Assembly (NCBI GenBank): GCA_963729625.1
Contig: CAVSOU010000011.1
Span: forward strand, 768,001-832,000
Length of the DNA stretch: 64,000 bases
Origin: an uncultured bacterium
Lineage (GTDB): Bacteria; Chloroflexota; UBA5177; JANWHV01
Reading direction: 5' to 3'
Part shown: in pieces, positions 20,655 through 30,428 of the stretch
How positions within the stretch are numbered: the first letter of the stretch is position 1
Layout of the letters: each line of letters opens with the position of its first letter
Translations under genes and position numbers: made by a program
Notes under the pieces: model-generated
Seen by the model: only the letters and a program-made list of their open reading frames with translations
Told to the model about the DNA's origin: nothing
Database searches by the model: none

Positions 20655-21691
20655 ACCAGAGAGTTAGCTTGAATCCAGCACGTCAGTGCAGTAAGAAGAG
20701 CGCGGCCGCGCTCCGCGTCCTGAGCATCGTTGCCCTGTGTGTCGCGGTGCTCGGTGCGGCCTCCGCCCCCGCCAGGGCCGCCACCGGCCGGCACAACGTG
20801 ACCGTGTGGCTCGACTGGTACCCCAATACGGACCACGCCGGCATCTACGTGGCCCTGGCCAGGGGCTACTACGCAGCGGCTGGGATGAACGTCAAGGCGC
20901 AGGTGCCGTCGGGCGCCGCGGACGCCGTCAAGCTCGTGGCGCACGGCACCGGTGATATTGCCATATCCTACGAGCCGACGGTCTTGCTCTCGCGCCAGGA
21001 GGGCATTCCGGTGCTCGCGGTTGCCGCAATCGTGCAGAAGCCCCTCAACGCGGTGCTGGCTTTGAAGAGCACCGGCATCACCCGCCCGAGGCAGCTGGAA
21101 GGGCGCACGGTCGGCATGGCGGGCGATCCGAGCGACTACACCGACCTCGCGGTCCTGCTCAAGAATGACGGTGGCAACGCGAGTAAGGTGCATCAGGTCA
21201 ACGTCGGCTACAATCTCTTGCCGGCGCTCCTTAGCCACCGCGTCGACGCCGTGATCGGCGTCTACTGGACCTGGGAGGCACTGCAAGCGGAGGCTGCCGG
21301 CAAGCCCGTGAACGTCATGCGGCTCGATCGATTCGGCGTGCCGACCTATGATGAGCTGGTCTTCATCACCGGTCGGAATCAGCTTTCCAGCGAGCCTGGC
21401 GTCCTGCGTGCATTCCTGAAGGCCACGTTCGAAGGATACGCCTATGCGGCGGCTCACCCGGCAGAAGCAACGAGCATCCTGCTCAAGGTGCCGGGCGTGC
21501 TCTCCACCAGCCGTGGGCTTATCCAGCAAAGCCTCACGCTCCTGTCGCCGCTCTTCAGAGACGGGACGGGACGGTATGGCACCATGGACATGCACACGTG
21601 GCAGACCTATGCTGACTGGATGACTGCCAACAAGCTCATGCCGGGCCACCTAAACGTTGCCGAGTCCTTGACGAACGCGCTCCTGCCATAA
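20651..21691 (+). CDS. NMT1/THI5-like thiamine-precursor substrate-binding protein (ThiY-like)
   Basis: Signal peptide, LDWYPNTDHAGIYVA motif, ISYEP. ATG 20651 overlaps permease stop. Confidence 0.9.
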   Translation: MNQRVSLNPARQCSKKSAAALRVLSIVALCVAVLGAASAPARAATGRHNVTVWLDWYPNTDHAGIYVALARGYYAAAGMNVKAQVPSGAADAVKLVAHGTGDIAISYEPTVLLSRQEGIPVLAVAAIVQKPLNAVLALKSTGITRPRQLEGRTVGMAGDPSDYTDLAVLLKNDGGNASKVHQVNVGYNLLPALLSHRVDAVIGVYWTWEALQAEAAGKPVNVMRLDRFGVPTYDELVFITGRNQLSSEPGVLRAFLKATFEGYAYAAAHPAEATSILLKVPGVLSTSRGLIQQSLTLLSPLFRDGTGRYGTMDMHTWQTYADWMTANKLMPGHLNVAESLTNALLP

Positions 21692-21712
21692 GGCAAGAAC
21701 AGGTCTGACTCC

Positions 21713-21761
21713 CGGTGGTCTTCACGCCGTCTTCCTACTGAAGGCGGCGCGAAGACCACCG
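21713..21761. terminator. Hairpin between convergent genes (probable bidirectional terminator)
   Basis: Long stem CGGTGGTCTTCACGCCGTCTTC / GAAGGCGGCGCGAAGACCACCG. Confidence 0.65.
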
Positions 21762-22265
21762 CTAGGCCGGCGCGGACTCGTATGCCTGCAGACTATCTGC
21801 TGGGATCGGGCACGGTCCCTGAGAAGCGACCATCTTTAGGAGAAGACCGCTGAACTGTTTCTGTTCGGCGGTGGACAGGGCATCGACCATCGGCTGCGCT
21901 GCGCGCGCCACCTTTGCCTCGAACTGATCCATCAGGGACTGCCCAACCGGCGTCAGCGTGAGCTGTTTCTGGCGCCGGTCGGCGGGGTTCTCCTGGCGCT
22001 CCATGTAGCCGTCGCGCACGAGTCGATCGACCACCCTGCTGGCCGCGGACTGCGTGATGGAGATACTCATCGCCACGTCGGCCACGCTCAGTGGAGCGCG
22101 CCGCAACATGCGCAGCACGATCAGCTCCGGAAAGGTGAGATCGGCGTGCACCATCTCCTCGAAAGTGGGCCGAATGCTGCCCCACGTTACGATGTTGATC
22201 CAGAGCTCCAGCAGTTGATCGAGCCGTAGCTCCTCCAGCTGCGGATGTCCATATTCGGCGATCAT
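21762..22265 (-). CDS. MarR family regulator
   Basis: ITQSAASRVVDRLVRDGYMERQENPADRRQKQLTLT. SD GAGGAGG upstream of ATG 22265. Confidence 0.9.
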   Translation of the reverse strand: MIAEYGHPQLEELRLDQLLELWINIVTWGSIRPTFEEMVHADLTFPELIVLRMLRRAPLSVADVAMSISITQSAASRVVDRLVRDGYMERQENPADRRQKQLTLTPVGQSLMDQFEAKVARAAQPMVDALSTAEQKQFSGLLLKMVASQGPCPIPADSLQAYESAPA

Positions 22266-22308
22266 CGCAATACATACCTCCTCAGCCCGCGGGCGGCCCA
22301 GCCCAATC

Positions 22309-23853
22309 CTACGCAACCTGCTGCACCGCCGGCCGCGCAGCTTGGGCGGCATGATTGCGCCGCAGGACGACGCCCATCACGGTCGCCACGACCGCCATCA
22401 CCACCGCCACCTTGAACGTATCCGAGAAAGACGCAGCCGCGGCTCTATAGGAAGCGTATTGCAGCTGATGGTTCATAGCGGCTCTCGCGCTCGCCGAAAG
22501 ATGCTTGAGATTGTGGTACTGCGCCATCACCGACGCCTGGGCGTTGGCGATGTCTGTATTTCTGCGCGACACCAGAATCGTCGCCAGGCAGGCCACGGTT
22601 ATCGAATTGACAACCTGCGACAGGGCGTTGGTGAGCGACGTCACCCGGCTCACCAGACTGCGCGGCGCGGCATTGATCAGGTGCGTGTTCAGCGGCATCA
22701 TGATCAGGCCCATGCCCACTCCGTAGAGGGCCAGAGGCAGGATCAGGCCGGGTCCGGTGGTGGAGAGGTTGACTCCGGTGAGAATGAACGCGCCGACGGC
22801 GAGGATCGCGCCGCCGCTCAACACGAGTGGGCGCGCCCCCAGCCTATCGAATAGCGCACCGCCGATGGGCATCGCCAGGCCCGCCCCGATTGCTTGCGGC
22901 AGGAGGCTGAGGCCGGTGTCGAATGCGCCGTACCCGCGCACTCCCTGCAAGAAGAGCGGCACCAGGAGGAGGGCCCCGAACATGGCAAACTGCGCGATCC
23001 ATTGCACGGGGATGCCCAGGCTGAAGTCAAGTGACTTGAAGACGCGCAGCTCAAGCAGAGGAGACTCGACCCGCAGCTCAACCACGATGAATAGCGCCAG
23101 CGCGACAACACCCACCACGATACCGCCAATCGTGTTGCCTGAAGTCCAGCTCGTGCTTCCCTCGCTGATGCCATAACACAGGGCGGCAAACGCCAGCGGC
23201 GCCAGGATAAAGCCCGGAATGTCGAGCGCGGCCACGGCCTGCCGGTCGATCTTGGGCAGGCTACGGATGCCGAAGACCACGCCGATGATGCCGATGGGAA
23301 GATTGAGCAGGAAGATCCAGCGCCACGTGTGGTACTGCACAAGCCATCCCGCCAGCACGGGGCCGATGGCGGGAGCGAAAAGAATCGGCACGCCCATCAT
23401 GCCCATCAGAATGCCGACCTTGTCGGGCGGGCTAAGGCGATAGGTGTACGCCATGGCAATCGGGATGACGCAGCCGCCTCCAAGACCCTGCAGGACGCGG
23501 AAAGCGATCAGCGTGTTGGCAGTCGGAGCGGTCGCACAGAGAACCGAGCCAACGGTGAATAGGGCCACGGAAATCAGGAAGATGGACTTGGCGCCAAAGC
23601 GGTCTGACAACCAACCGGCAAGCGGAATGACCGCGGCCTGTGCCAGCGCGTAGCCGGTGACGGTCCACTGAATGGTCGTGAGCGGCGTCTTGAAATCGAC
23701 GACGAGCTTCTGCAGCGCGACGTTCACCGCCGTACCGTCGAGCACGACCATAAAGATGCCGACGATTATCGTGATCAGTGGCACGAGCACCGAGCTGATT
23801 GCGAACGGAGTCTCTTGGGCCTCGGAGTACTCCCCACTAACTGCGACTGCCAC
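22309..23853 (-). CDS. DHA2 (EmrB/QacA) MFS efflux pump
   Basis: FMVVLDGTAVNVA, GWLSDRFG, RVLQGLGGG, APAIGPVLAGWL, WRWIFLLNLPIG, about 14 TM. Start uncertain (GTG 23853; ORF open to 23961). Confidence 0.92.
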   Translation of the reverse strand: MAVAVSGEYSEAQETPFAISSVLVPLITIIVGIFMVVLDGTAVNVALQKLVVDFKTPLTTIQWTVTGYALAQAAVIPLAGWLSDRFGAKSIFLISVALFTVGSVLCATAPTANTLIAFRVLQGLGGGCVIPIAMAYTYRLSPPDKVGILMGMMGVPILFAPAIGPVLAGWLVQYHTWRWIFLLNLPIGIIGVVFGIRSLPKIDRQAVAALDIPGFILAPLAFAALCYGISEGSTSWTSGNTIGGIVVGVVALALFIVVELRVESPLLELRVFKSLDFSLGIPVQWIAQFAMFGALLLVPLFLQGVRGYGAFDTGLSLLPQAIGAGLAMPIGGALFDRLGARPLVLSGGAILAVGAFILTGVNLSTTGPGLILPLALYGVGMGLIMMPLNTHLINAAPRSLVSRVTSLTNALSQVVNSITVACLATILVSRRNTDIANAQASVMAQYHNLKHLSASARAAMNHQLQYASYRAAAASFSDTFKVAVVMAVVATVMGVVLRRNHAAQAARPAVQQVA

Positions 23854-24045
23854 AGTGGATAACCCTTCTGCTTCGCGGACACGGTTTGTATACAAATCGC
23901 GGGGTACGCGCCCACGCGAGGACACGGCGTCCTGAGCCGGCGTGCCCGAACGGGCGATCACCGGCGATCAGCGCCTTGAGAAATTATATGCATATCGACA
24001 TATTCTGCGCAAACGCATGTAAAGCACTAGACATGTGTCCGCTTG

Positions 24046-24375
24046 ATGAAGAATCTGGATGGAAAGGTCGCCCTGGTTACCGGCGGCGGACGCGGCATCG
24101 GGCGGGCAACAGCCCCGGAGCAGGCACGATGTGGTGCCGATGTGGCCGTCGTGGTTCGGAACTCCGGTGAGATTTCCACGGTTGCCGCCGCCGTGGAGGA
24201 GCTTGGACGTCGGGCGCATGCCCAAGTCGCCGACCTTTCCGGTAGCACAGCCGCGGCGGCGGCGGTGCCGGCGGTGGCGCGGGCATTGGAGCCGATCGGC
24301 ATTCTGGTCAACAACGCGGGGTTGTCGGGCCATTCGGGCTGACCTGGGAACTCGACCCGACCGAGTGGGAAAAGG
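24046..24375 (+). pseudogene. Truncated, frameshifted SDR oxidoreductase
   Basis: VALVTGGGRGIG...ADLS...ILVNNAG then stop at 24342. GPFGLTWELDPTEWE continues in another frame. No YxxxK. Confidence 0.8.
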
Positions 24376-24399
24376 AAATGGGCGCAGAGCGAGATCGCC

Positions 24400-24590
24400 C
24401 ATGATGGGTACGACGTGCGGCCGCTGAAGCTGGACGTCAATCCACGGGCTGCAACGCGCTTGGCTCAGCGACCAAGCTAACCAGCAGGGCATCGCCGAAC
24501 GTGTACACTTGCACGAAGCGCTTGCGGCCGTCGATCAACGTACCCCCATCGAAGCCGCGGTCGCCACAGGCTTCGGACCTTTTGATGGCT
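24400..24590 (-). mobile_element. IS5-family transposase remnant
   Basis: IKRSEACGDRGFDGGTLIDGRKRFVQVYTFG resembles the IS5 motif VKT..GG.RGYDGGK..KGRKRH..VDT.G. Degenerate WID/SSFSG follows. Confidence 0.6.
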
Positions 24591-24613
24591 AGCTCACTTG
24601 TCGAGCAACGATC

Positions 24614-25222
24614 GTGCAATTCATCAGCGGGTTGATCCTTGGGCTCACGATGATCCTGCCGATCGGCCCTCAGAACATGTTCGTCCTCAACAGCAGCATC
24701 TTGTACGGCGCTCGCTATGGTCTGGTGGCCGCGCTGATCGCCGGGACGTGCGATAGTGCCCTCATCCTCGCCGGTGCAGCGGGACTGTCCACCTTGACCG
24801 GCAGTATCCATTGGTTGCACCTGGCTCTCGTATATGCTGGTGTCGTCTTCCTCCTCTATTTGGGCATCACATCTCTCAGGATGGACGTGCCCGATGGCGC
24901 GGTGCCGGCCTCAGGCGGCATAGCTGCACCGGTGCCACGGAAACATGTCGTGAGTGGGGTCGGTGTATCGTGGGGCAATCCGCACGCCGTCATCGACACG
25001 GTGGTCATCCTCGGGGCGGCTATCGCGGCGCAACAAACCGCCGGGCGCTGGCTCTTTACTGCGGGCGCCGTGGCGGCTTCCTGGTTGTTCTTCGGTTGCC
25101 TGGTACTGGCAGGTCTGACCCTAAGACGCGCGCTTCCGCCCGGCGCTCATCGATGGATCCGGCGAGTTTCAGGTGTCATCATGGTACTCTTCGCTGTCCT
25201 CCTCGTGCGCAACTCCCTCTGA
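24614..25222 (+). CDS. LysE/ArgO family amino acid exporter
   Basis: ILPIGPQNMFVL, WGNPHAVIDT, about six TM segments. Confidence 0.9.
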   Translation: MQFISGLILGLTMILPIGPQNMFVLNSSILYGARYGLVAALIAGTCDSALILAGAAGLSTLTGSIHWLHLALVYAGVVFLLYLGITSLRMDVPDGAVPASGGIAAPVPRKHVVSGVGVSWGNPHAVIDTVVILGAAIAAQQTAGRWLFTAGAVAASWLFFGCLVLAGLTLRRALPPGAHRWIRRVSGVIMVLFAVLLVRNSL

Positions 25223-25475
25223 CGGGTAGCATTCAGAGGGCCGGGCGCCACCTCCAACACTGTACACTTGCCACCGGGAGCGGCGAGCGGGCCCAAGTAG
25301 CCCACTCGTTCTGTCTGTACAACTAGTGGGGCCTCGCCCCAGCCCGCCGAGGCATGTGTCTGGAGTCGGCAGCCCCTGGTTGCTGGCACAGACGAGGTAG
25401 CATAGAGCCACTCGTAAATATGAACCGTCAAGCGGTTAGGTGCCGTAAGGCAACGTGCTCCACAGCCAGGGGCCA

Positions 25476-25612
25476 GTGATAAAGACACCCAATCAGTCGG
25501 AGCTATCCTGCGGGACCATGTGACATTGGTGGTGGAAAGTCTCGACCGTGTGTACCTGAACGTCCATGTGTCTCAACTGCAATACGAGGGACGAGTCCTC
25601 CCCACCCGCTAA
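25476..25612 (+). pseudogene. N-terminal remnant of an uncharacterised, probably mobile, protein family
   Basis: GTG-IKTP, then after a 1-nt shift QSVGAILRDHVTLVVESLDRVYLNVHVSQLQYEG*, resembling the recalled ...LxxHVTLEVECIDRMYLNVYVPxLQ family. Confidence 0.5.
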
Positions 25613-25984
25613 CATCCGACACACCCAACAGGCAACCAACCGCCACGCCGCACAACCGCAGCCGTTCGGCAGCCGAGTCCGAACGAGCACTCCGGACCGC
25701 CCGGGCAGTGGCATAGAGCAGCGCGGATCCCGCCCAGTTTATTTCCGCGCGTGATGCCCGATCATCGTACTTTTTCTGCGCTTGGACCGAGCATCATTCT
25801 ACGCTGAGCGCGACAGAAGAGCCGGGACCGTGCTCATTCTATTCCACGGGAGAAGTGGTGATCACATCACGCCTCCGCCTGCCAACGATGGTGGTGGGAC
25901 GGGCACCGGCACCGCGTAGGTATGGCTGGTCGTCCCCGACGGCGCCGGCGAGAACGTGAACGGCGTGATGCCAGTGGGCGGCGA

Positions 25985-26075
25985 ACCGTTACTGACCTGG
26001 ATGGTGAAATCGAAGGACCCGGCAGCGGTGGGACTGCCGCTGAGCACGCCGGCCACCGGATCGCGCAACAGCCCT
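25985..26075 (-). pseudogene. Putative-Ig (He_PIG-like) domain fragment
   Basis: GLLRDPVAGVLSGSPTAAGSFDFTIQVSNG matches the GL.LD..TG.ISGTPT..G.Y.FTV pattern. Confidence 0.5.
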
Positions 26076-26141
26076 CGGTAGGAGCGAAGAGTTATCACCT
26101 CTAGCCCACTTCGATGGCGCGGTGCCGGCGACGCTGGCTGC

Positions 26142-26987
26142 TCAGTTGGTGGTGCGGCGGCGGTAGAGCATGGAGGCCAGGGGCACGCTGACCACGAGGA
26201 TACCGATGGGCCAGGCGATCGCGGTCCAAACTGGGTGCTGCATGGACCAAGCCGAGCTCATTGCCGAGGGGTTCGGATTGCCCCAAAGATCCCGGCAGGC
26301 GCTGGTCACAGCGCTGACCGGATTCCAGTCGGCGATCGTGCGCAGCCAGCCCGGCATGCCTCGGGTCGGAACCATCGCGTTGGAGATGAACGAGAGCGGA
26401 AAGAGGACCAGGAAGCCAAAGCTCTGGGCTGTTTCCGCGCCCTTGGCCCAGAGGCCAACGCAAGCGGCGAGCCAGGAGAGAGCGTACGCGAAGAGCAGGG
26501 CGACCGCGACGCCGGCGACGAGATGCGCGGCGCCAGTCTCCGGGCGCCAGCCGACGAGAAGCCCGCTGCAGGCGACGATCAGCGTGCAGAGGGAGGCTGT
26601 CAGGATATCGGTGAGCGAGCGGCCGACGAGCACAGCTGCCGGCCACATGGGCATGGTGCGGAAGCGGTCGACGATTCCGGTGCTGAGGTCGACGGTCAGG
26701 CCAACCGCGGTACCCATGCTCGACGTCGTGAGGTTGAGGAGCAGCAGGCCCGCGATGGCAAAGCTCGCGTACGTACCGCCGGGCACGGAGATGCCGGAAC
26801 CGAAGACGTAGACGAACAGCAGGGTGAAGAGCACCGGCTGGATGGTCACGTCGGAGAGCTGCATCGGTTCCCGAGAAATGTGGATCAGGTTGCGCTTCGT
26901 GACGACGAAAACGTCATGCAGCGCCCCGGCCACGCGTGCCGGTACGGACGGTTGTTCGGCCAGGACTATCGGGTGTGCGTGGTTCAT
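26142..26987 (-). CDS. ABC-2 type permease (DrrB-like)
   Basis: IQPVLFTLLFVYVFG, GIVDRFRTMP, FISNAMVP, WNPVS. Confidence 0.9.
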   Translation of the reverse strand: MNHAHPIVLAEQPSVPARVAGALHDVFVVTKRNLIHISREPMQLSDVTIQPVLFTLLFVYVFGSGISVPGGTYASFAIAGLLLLNLTTSSMGTAVGLTVDLSTGIVDRFRTMPMWPAAVLVGRSLTDILTASLCTLIVACSGLLVGWRPETGAAHLVAGVAVALLFAYALSWLAACVGLWAKGAETAQSFGFLVLFPLSFISNAMVPTRGMPGWLRTIADWNPVSAVTSACRDLWGNPNPSAMSSAWSMQHPVWTAIAWPIGILVVSVPLASMLYRRRTTN

Positions 26988-27967
26988 CAGGCTACTTCCT
27001 CGGCCGCCAGCTTCTCGGCCTCTTCATCATCTGCCGGCGCCACGCCGGTCAGCCTCAGGAACACGTCGTCGAGCGAAGGCTGGTGGACTGCCACATCCTC
27101 CAGGTCGATACCGACTTCGTCGAGCACCCGTACCACGCGCGCCACGAGGCCCACCGCGTTGCGCACCGGCGCCCCCAGGTGCCGCCCGTCCTCATCGGCC
27201 CGGAAAGGGCCGTCGACGAGCGGGCGCAGCGCGTCCAGCGCAGCGGAATTGGGGGAGCTCAGCGTCACCTCGAGCCGTGCCCCGCCGGTCACACGCTTCA
27301 GCTCCGTCGACGTGCCCTCGGCAACGACGCGGCCATGATCGATGACGACAATGCGGTCGGCAAGCTGGTCCGCCTCGTCCAGGTATTGCGTCGTCAGGAG
27401 CACGGTGACTCCATCCTTGACGAGATCGCGGATCACCGACCAGACCCGGAAGCGGCTCGTGGGGTCGAGTCCGGTCGTCGGCTCGTCCAGGAACAGTACC
27501 GGGGGGCGGGTCATCAGGCTCGCCGCGAGGTCGAGGCGACGCCGCATGCCGCCCGAATACCCCTTCAGAACCCGGCCGGCGGCATCGGTCAGCTCGAAGG
27601 TGCCCAGCAACTCCTCGGCTCGCGCCCGCGCGTCCCGTCCCCGCATCCGGCTCAGCTCGCCGACCATGCGCAGGTTCTCCCGCCCGGTCAGCCTCTCGTC
27701 GAGCGTAGCGGCTTGCGCCGTGACGCCGATGTTGCGACGCACCGCCGCGGGATCGCGGACCACGTCGAACCCGGCGACGCGGGCGTGCCCGCTGTCCGGT
27801 AGCGTGAGCGTGGTCAGGATGCGCACGGCCGTCGTCTTGCCCGCCCCATTCGGGCCGAGCACACCAAGGACGGAGCCGGTGCGCACCGCCAGATCGACGC
27901 CAGCCAGGGCCTGTGTCGATCCGAACCGTTTCGTCAGGCCCTCGGCCTCCAGCATGTTCTCTCTCAT
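26987..27967 (-). CDS. DrrA-like ABC ATP-binding protein
   Basis: GPNGAGKTT, YSGGMRRRLDLA, FLDEPTTGLDP, TTQYLDEAD, PSLDDVF. Confidence 0.93.
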   Translation of the reverse strand: MRENMLEAEGLTKRFGSTQALAGVDLAVRTGSVLGVLGPNGAGKTTAVRILTTLTLPDSGHARVAGFDVVRDPAAVRRNIGVTAQAATLDERLTGRENLRMVGELSRMRGRDARARAEELLGTFELTDAAGRVLKGYSGGMRRRLDLAASLMTRPPVLFLDEPTTGLDPTSRFRVWSVIRDLVKDGVTVLLTTQYLDEADQLADRIVVIDHGRVVAEGTSTELKRVTGGARLEVTLSSPNSAALDALRPLVDGPFRADEDGRHLGAPVRNAVGLVARVVRVLDEVGIDLEDVAVHQPSLDDVFLRLTGVAPADDEEAEKLAAEEVA

Positions 27968-28006
27968 CGGTACCTCTTCTTCGTCGACGACCGCCAGGCT
28001 ATTCGT

Positions 28007-28076
28007 AGATTACCGTCCGGTAAGTAAGTGACACTGTCAAGCATACGTTGCCTACTTACCTGCTGTCAAGTAAAAT
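28007..28076. promoter_or_regulatory. Two TetR-type operators and tetR promoter
   Basis: TTACCG-tc-CGGTAA (28010-28023) and TACTTACC..GTCAAGTA (28053-28072). TTGCCT-N17-TAAAAT (28048-28076). Confidence 0.6.
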
Positions 28077-28083
28077 AGAATAC

Positions 28084-28743
28084 ATGGCACGTCAAGCAGC
28101 TCACTCCATCGGGGCTGGAAGTCAGGTGGCATCACAGCCCGCCTCGCCCGCCGAAGCCGGGAGCACGCAGTCGACTCGCGAGCGGATCCTCGATATTGCC
28201 CTCGACCTCTTTGTACGCAAGGGCTACGCGGAGACCTCGCTGCGCGAGATCGCCGCGGAGCTGGGCTTCTCAAAAGCAGCGCTCTACTACCATTTCGAGA
28301 GCAAGCAGGACATCCTCCTTGCCCTGCACATGCGGCTGCATAGCCTCGCGGATGGCGTGCTGCCGCTGCTCGATGTGGATGCCATCGCCGGCGACACCTG
28401 GGAGCGACTGATCGACCGGCTGATCGGGTTTGCCCTGCGGAACCGGCGGCTGATCGAGCTGCATCTGCGCAACCGGGAAGCGACCGCGGACCTGCACCGC
28501 GACGTCGCGCTGCAGAACCACGGCGAGCTACACCACCGCGACGATGATCTGGAAAACCGCTTCCAGACCCTGCTCAGGGACCCTGCAGTGCCGACCGAGC
28601 GGCGCGTCCGCATGATGGCTTCCATGGGTGCGGTCGCGGGAACGCTGCTCGGGGCCAGCGCTTTCGCGGACGTGCCGGACGCCGAGCTCGAGTCCGCGCT
28701 CCGCAGCGTGGTGCACGACGTGCTCGGAGGCCGCGGCGGCTAG
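28084..28743 (+). CDS. TetR/AcrR family regulator, divergent from drrAB-like genes
   Basis: TRERILDIALDLF..KGYAETSLREIAAELGFSKAALYYHF. Confidence 0.92.
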   Translation: MARQAAHSIGAGSQVASQPASPAEAGSTQSTRERILDIALDLFVRKGYAETSLREIAAELGFSKAALYYHFESKQDILLALHMRLHSLADGVLPLLDVDAIAGDTWERLIDRLIGFALRNRRLIELHLRNREATADLHRDVALQNHGELHHRDDDLENRFQTLLRDPAVPTERRVRMMASMGAVAGTLLGASAFADVPDAELESALRSVVHDVLGGRGG

Positions 28744-29087
28744 AGTGGAAGCGTCAAATCTCAGAACAACAACTTGATCGTCGCTGCGTCCAAAGACAGA
28801 CCGATCTTCAGGCGACGGTCGTCGTGTGGTCGCTGTGCTACCATCGTTCGTGCCTTTGGTAGTACGTTTCCTGCTCCCAGTCAGACTGTATGATGCACGC
28901 CGAAGAGGTGTCGAGGTGCTTGCCAGGCGCCGCACGAGTCAGCTGCTGGGTCAGACCATGATCCAGCGGTGCGTCCCCGAACCTCCGGCAACGGCAAGCT
29001 GTGCAACGTCACCCTGAGGCGGCCTGTGGGCAGCGCCAGGCGCCGCCCAAGGAAGGCTCATTCTTTCAAGGGGACAGGTGTGAGATG

Positions 29088-30104
29088 TTATGCGGGATCT
29101 TCGCTGTGGCCATCCGGGTGGCGCGCAAAGCGGCCGGCAGCAGGCGGATGCACGGGATCATCAGTTGCCCACGGCCACCCGCCGAAACCCGAGCGCCGAT
29201 AATCGGTAAACGCCTGCTCGATACCGGCCCGGTCGTTCATGACAAAAGGCCCGTACTGGACGATCGGTTCCCCGATCGGTCTCCCCTGTAGCACGAGCGC
29301 CTCGGCACCTCGACCCCCTGCCGCTAGAGCGAGAGGCTCATTCGACTGCAGCACCACACCCAGCGGTGCCTGCACGACTCGCTCCCCGATGCGGAGAGAT
29401 CCTGCGAACACGTACATGGTCCGTATCGTGTCCGATTGGACTGCAGGCGGTAGCGTCCACCGCGCGGAAGGCTGCAAGACCATCTGCCAGATAGCGAGAT
29501 CCGCCTGCGGACGCGAGGCCCAGGAATCCGGTGGGGCCGCCAACGGCTGCAATCCCTCCAGCGCTCCCGCGACCACGGTCACCTCGGTCACTTGCCCGCT
29601 GTCGTCCGTGGTGACCAGGCGAGGTATCGCCTTGCTCCAAAGCATCGTGAAGTACGGCTCCACCATTTTGTCGGCGGCCGGCAAGTTCAGCCAGATCTGG
29701 AACAGCTCCAACGGGTTGGCGCCGGCGCGGTCGAGCAGCGGGAACATCTCGCTGTGCACGATGCCTCGGCCTGCCGTGAGCCATTGTGCATCACCGCTCC
29801 CGAACCGTGCCGTAGCACCGAGGGAATCGGAGTGATCGATGAACCCTTGGCGCACGAAGGTCACGGTCTCAAAGCCCCGATGGGGATGTTGCGGGAACCC
29901 CGGGATAGTGCTGCCATGGTACATGCTCCAGCCTTCGGCGCCGGAGAAGTCCATCCCGATGTCGCGCGCCGCCAGAGAGGCCGCCGGCCCCATGTGCTCG
30001 TTGGCGGCTGGGTACCGGTCGCGGTGGTGGACGCAGAACAAGAACGGGTCCAACGTTACCCACGGAACTCCAAGTGACAGTGTCTGGCGTACCGGATCGT
30101 TCAT
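29088..30104 (-). CDS. Pirin family protein
   Basis: DPFLFCVHH, GFPQHPHRGFETVT, AGRGIVHSE, FQIWLNLP, GPFVMN. SD AAGGAG. Confidence 0.93.
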   Translation of the reverse strand: MNDPVRQTLSLGVPWVTLDPFLFCVHHRDRYPAANEHMGPAASLAARDIGMDFSGAEGWSMYHGSTIPGFPQHPHRGFETVTFVRQGFIDHSDSLGATARFGSGDAQWLTAGRGIVHSEMFPLLDRAGANPLELFQIWLNLPAADKMVEPYFTMLWSKAIPRLVTTDDSGQVTEVTVVAGALEGLQPLAAPPDSWASRPQADLAIWQMVLQPSARWTLPPAVQSDTIRTMYVFAGSLRIGERVVQAPLGVVLQSNEPLALAAGGRGAEALVLQGRPIGEPIVQYGPFVMNDRAGIEQAFTDYRRSGFGGWPWATDDPVHPPAAGRFARHPDGHSEDPA

Positions 30105-30428
30105 GTGCAGCTCCTTCAGTTCAGGGTCACCGCGCCCCGGCTCAATAGCGGACAGATTGGCCTGCATCAGCGATCAGCGCAAACGTGCCAGCGCTTGCGA
30201 GAAGCGCTCCAGGCTGTACTCAGTGTAGTCGTCATGCAGCAGCTCTGATAGCCTCGAGTGCGGTAAGGACATTGTCTCAGAGTCGCTCGTGTCCGTCACG
30301 CCGCGTTGCGCGATCGTGTCCGCGATGCGGGAGCCGCATCATCTCAGGGACGACTGCGGTACACTGGGGCTACCAGCGGAGGCCGCCGCTGCAGACCCAC
30401 ACTGCCCAGCGTCAGGAGCCGCCACCAC

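Noticed and set aside
23983-24022. AT-rich possible MarR operator upstream of DHA2
   Set aside because: Only loose symmetry, so no site could be defined.
30175-30275. Minus-strand MSLPHSRLSELLHDDYTEYSLERFSQALARLR, vaguely epimerase-like
   Set aside because: 32 aa with weak resemblance and no SD.
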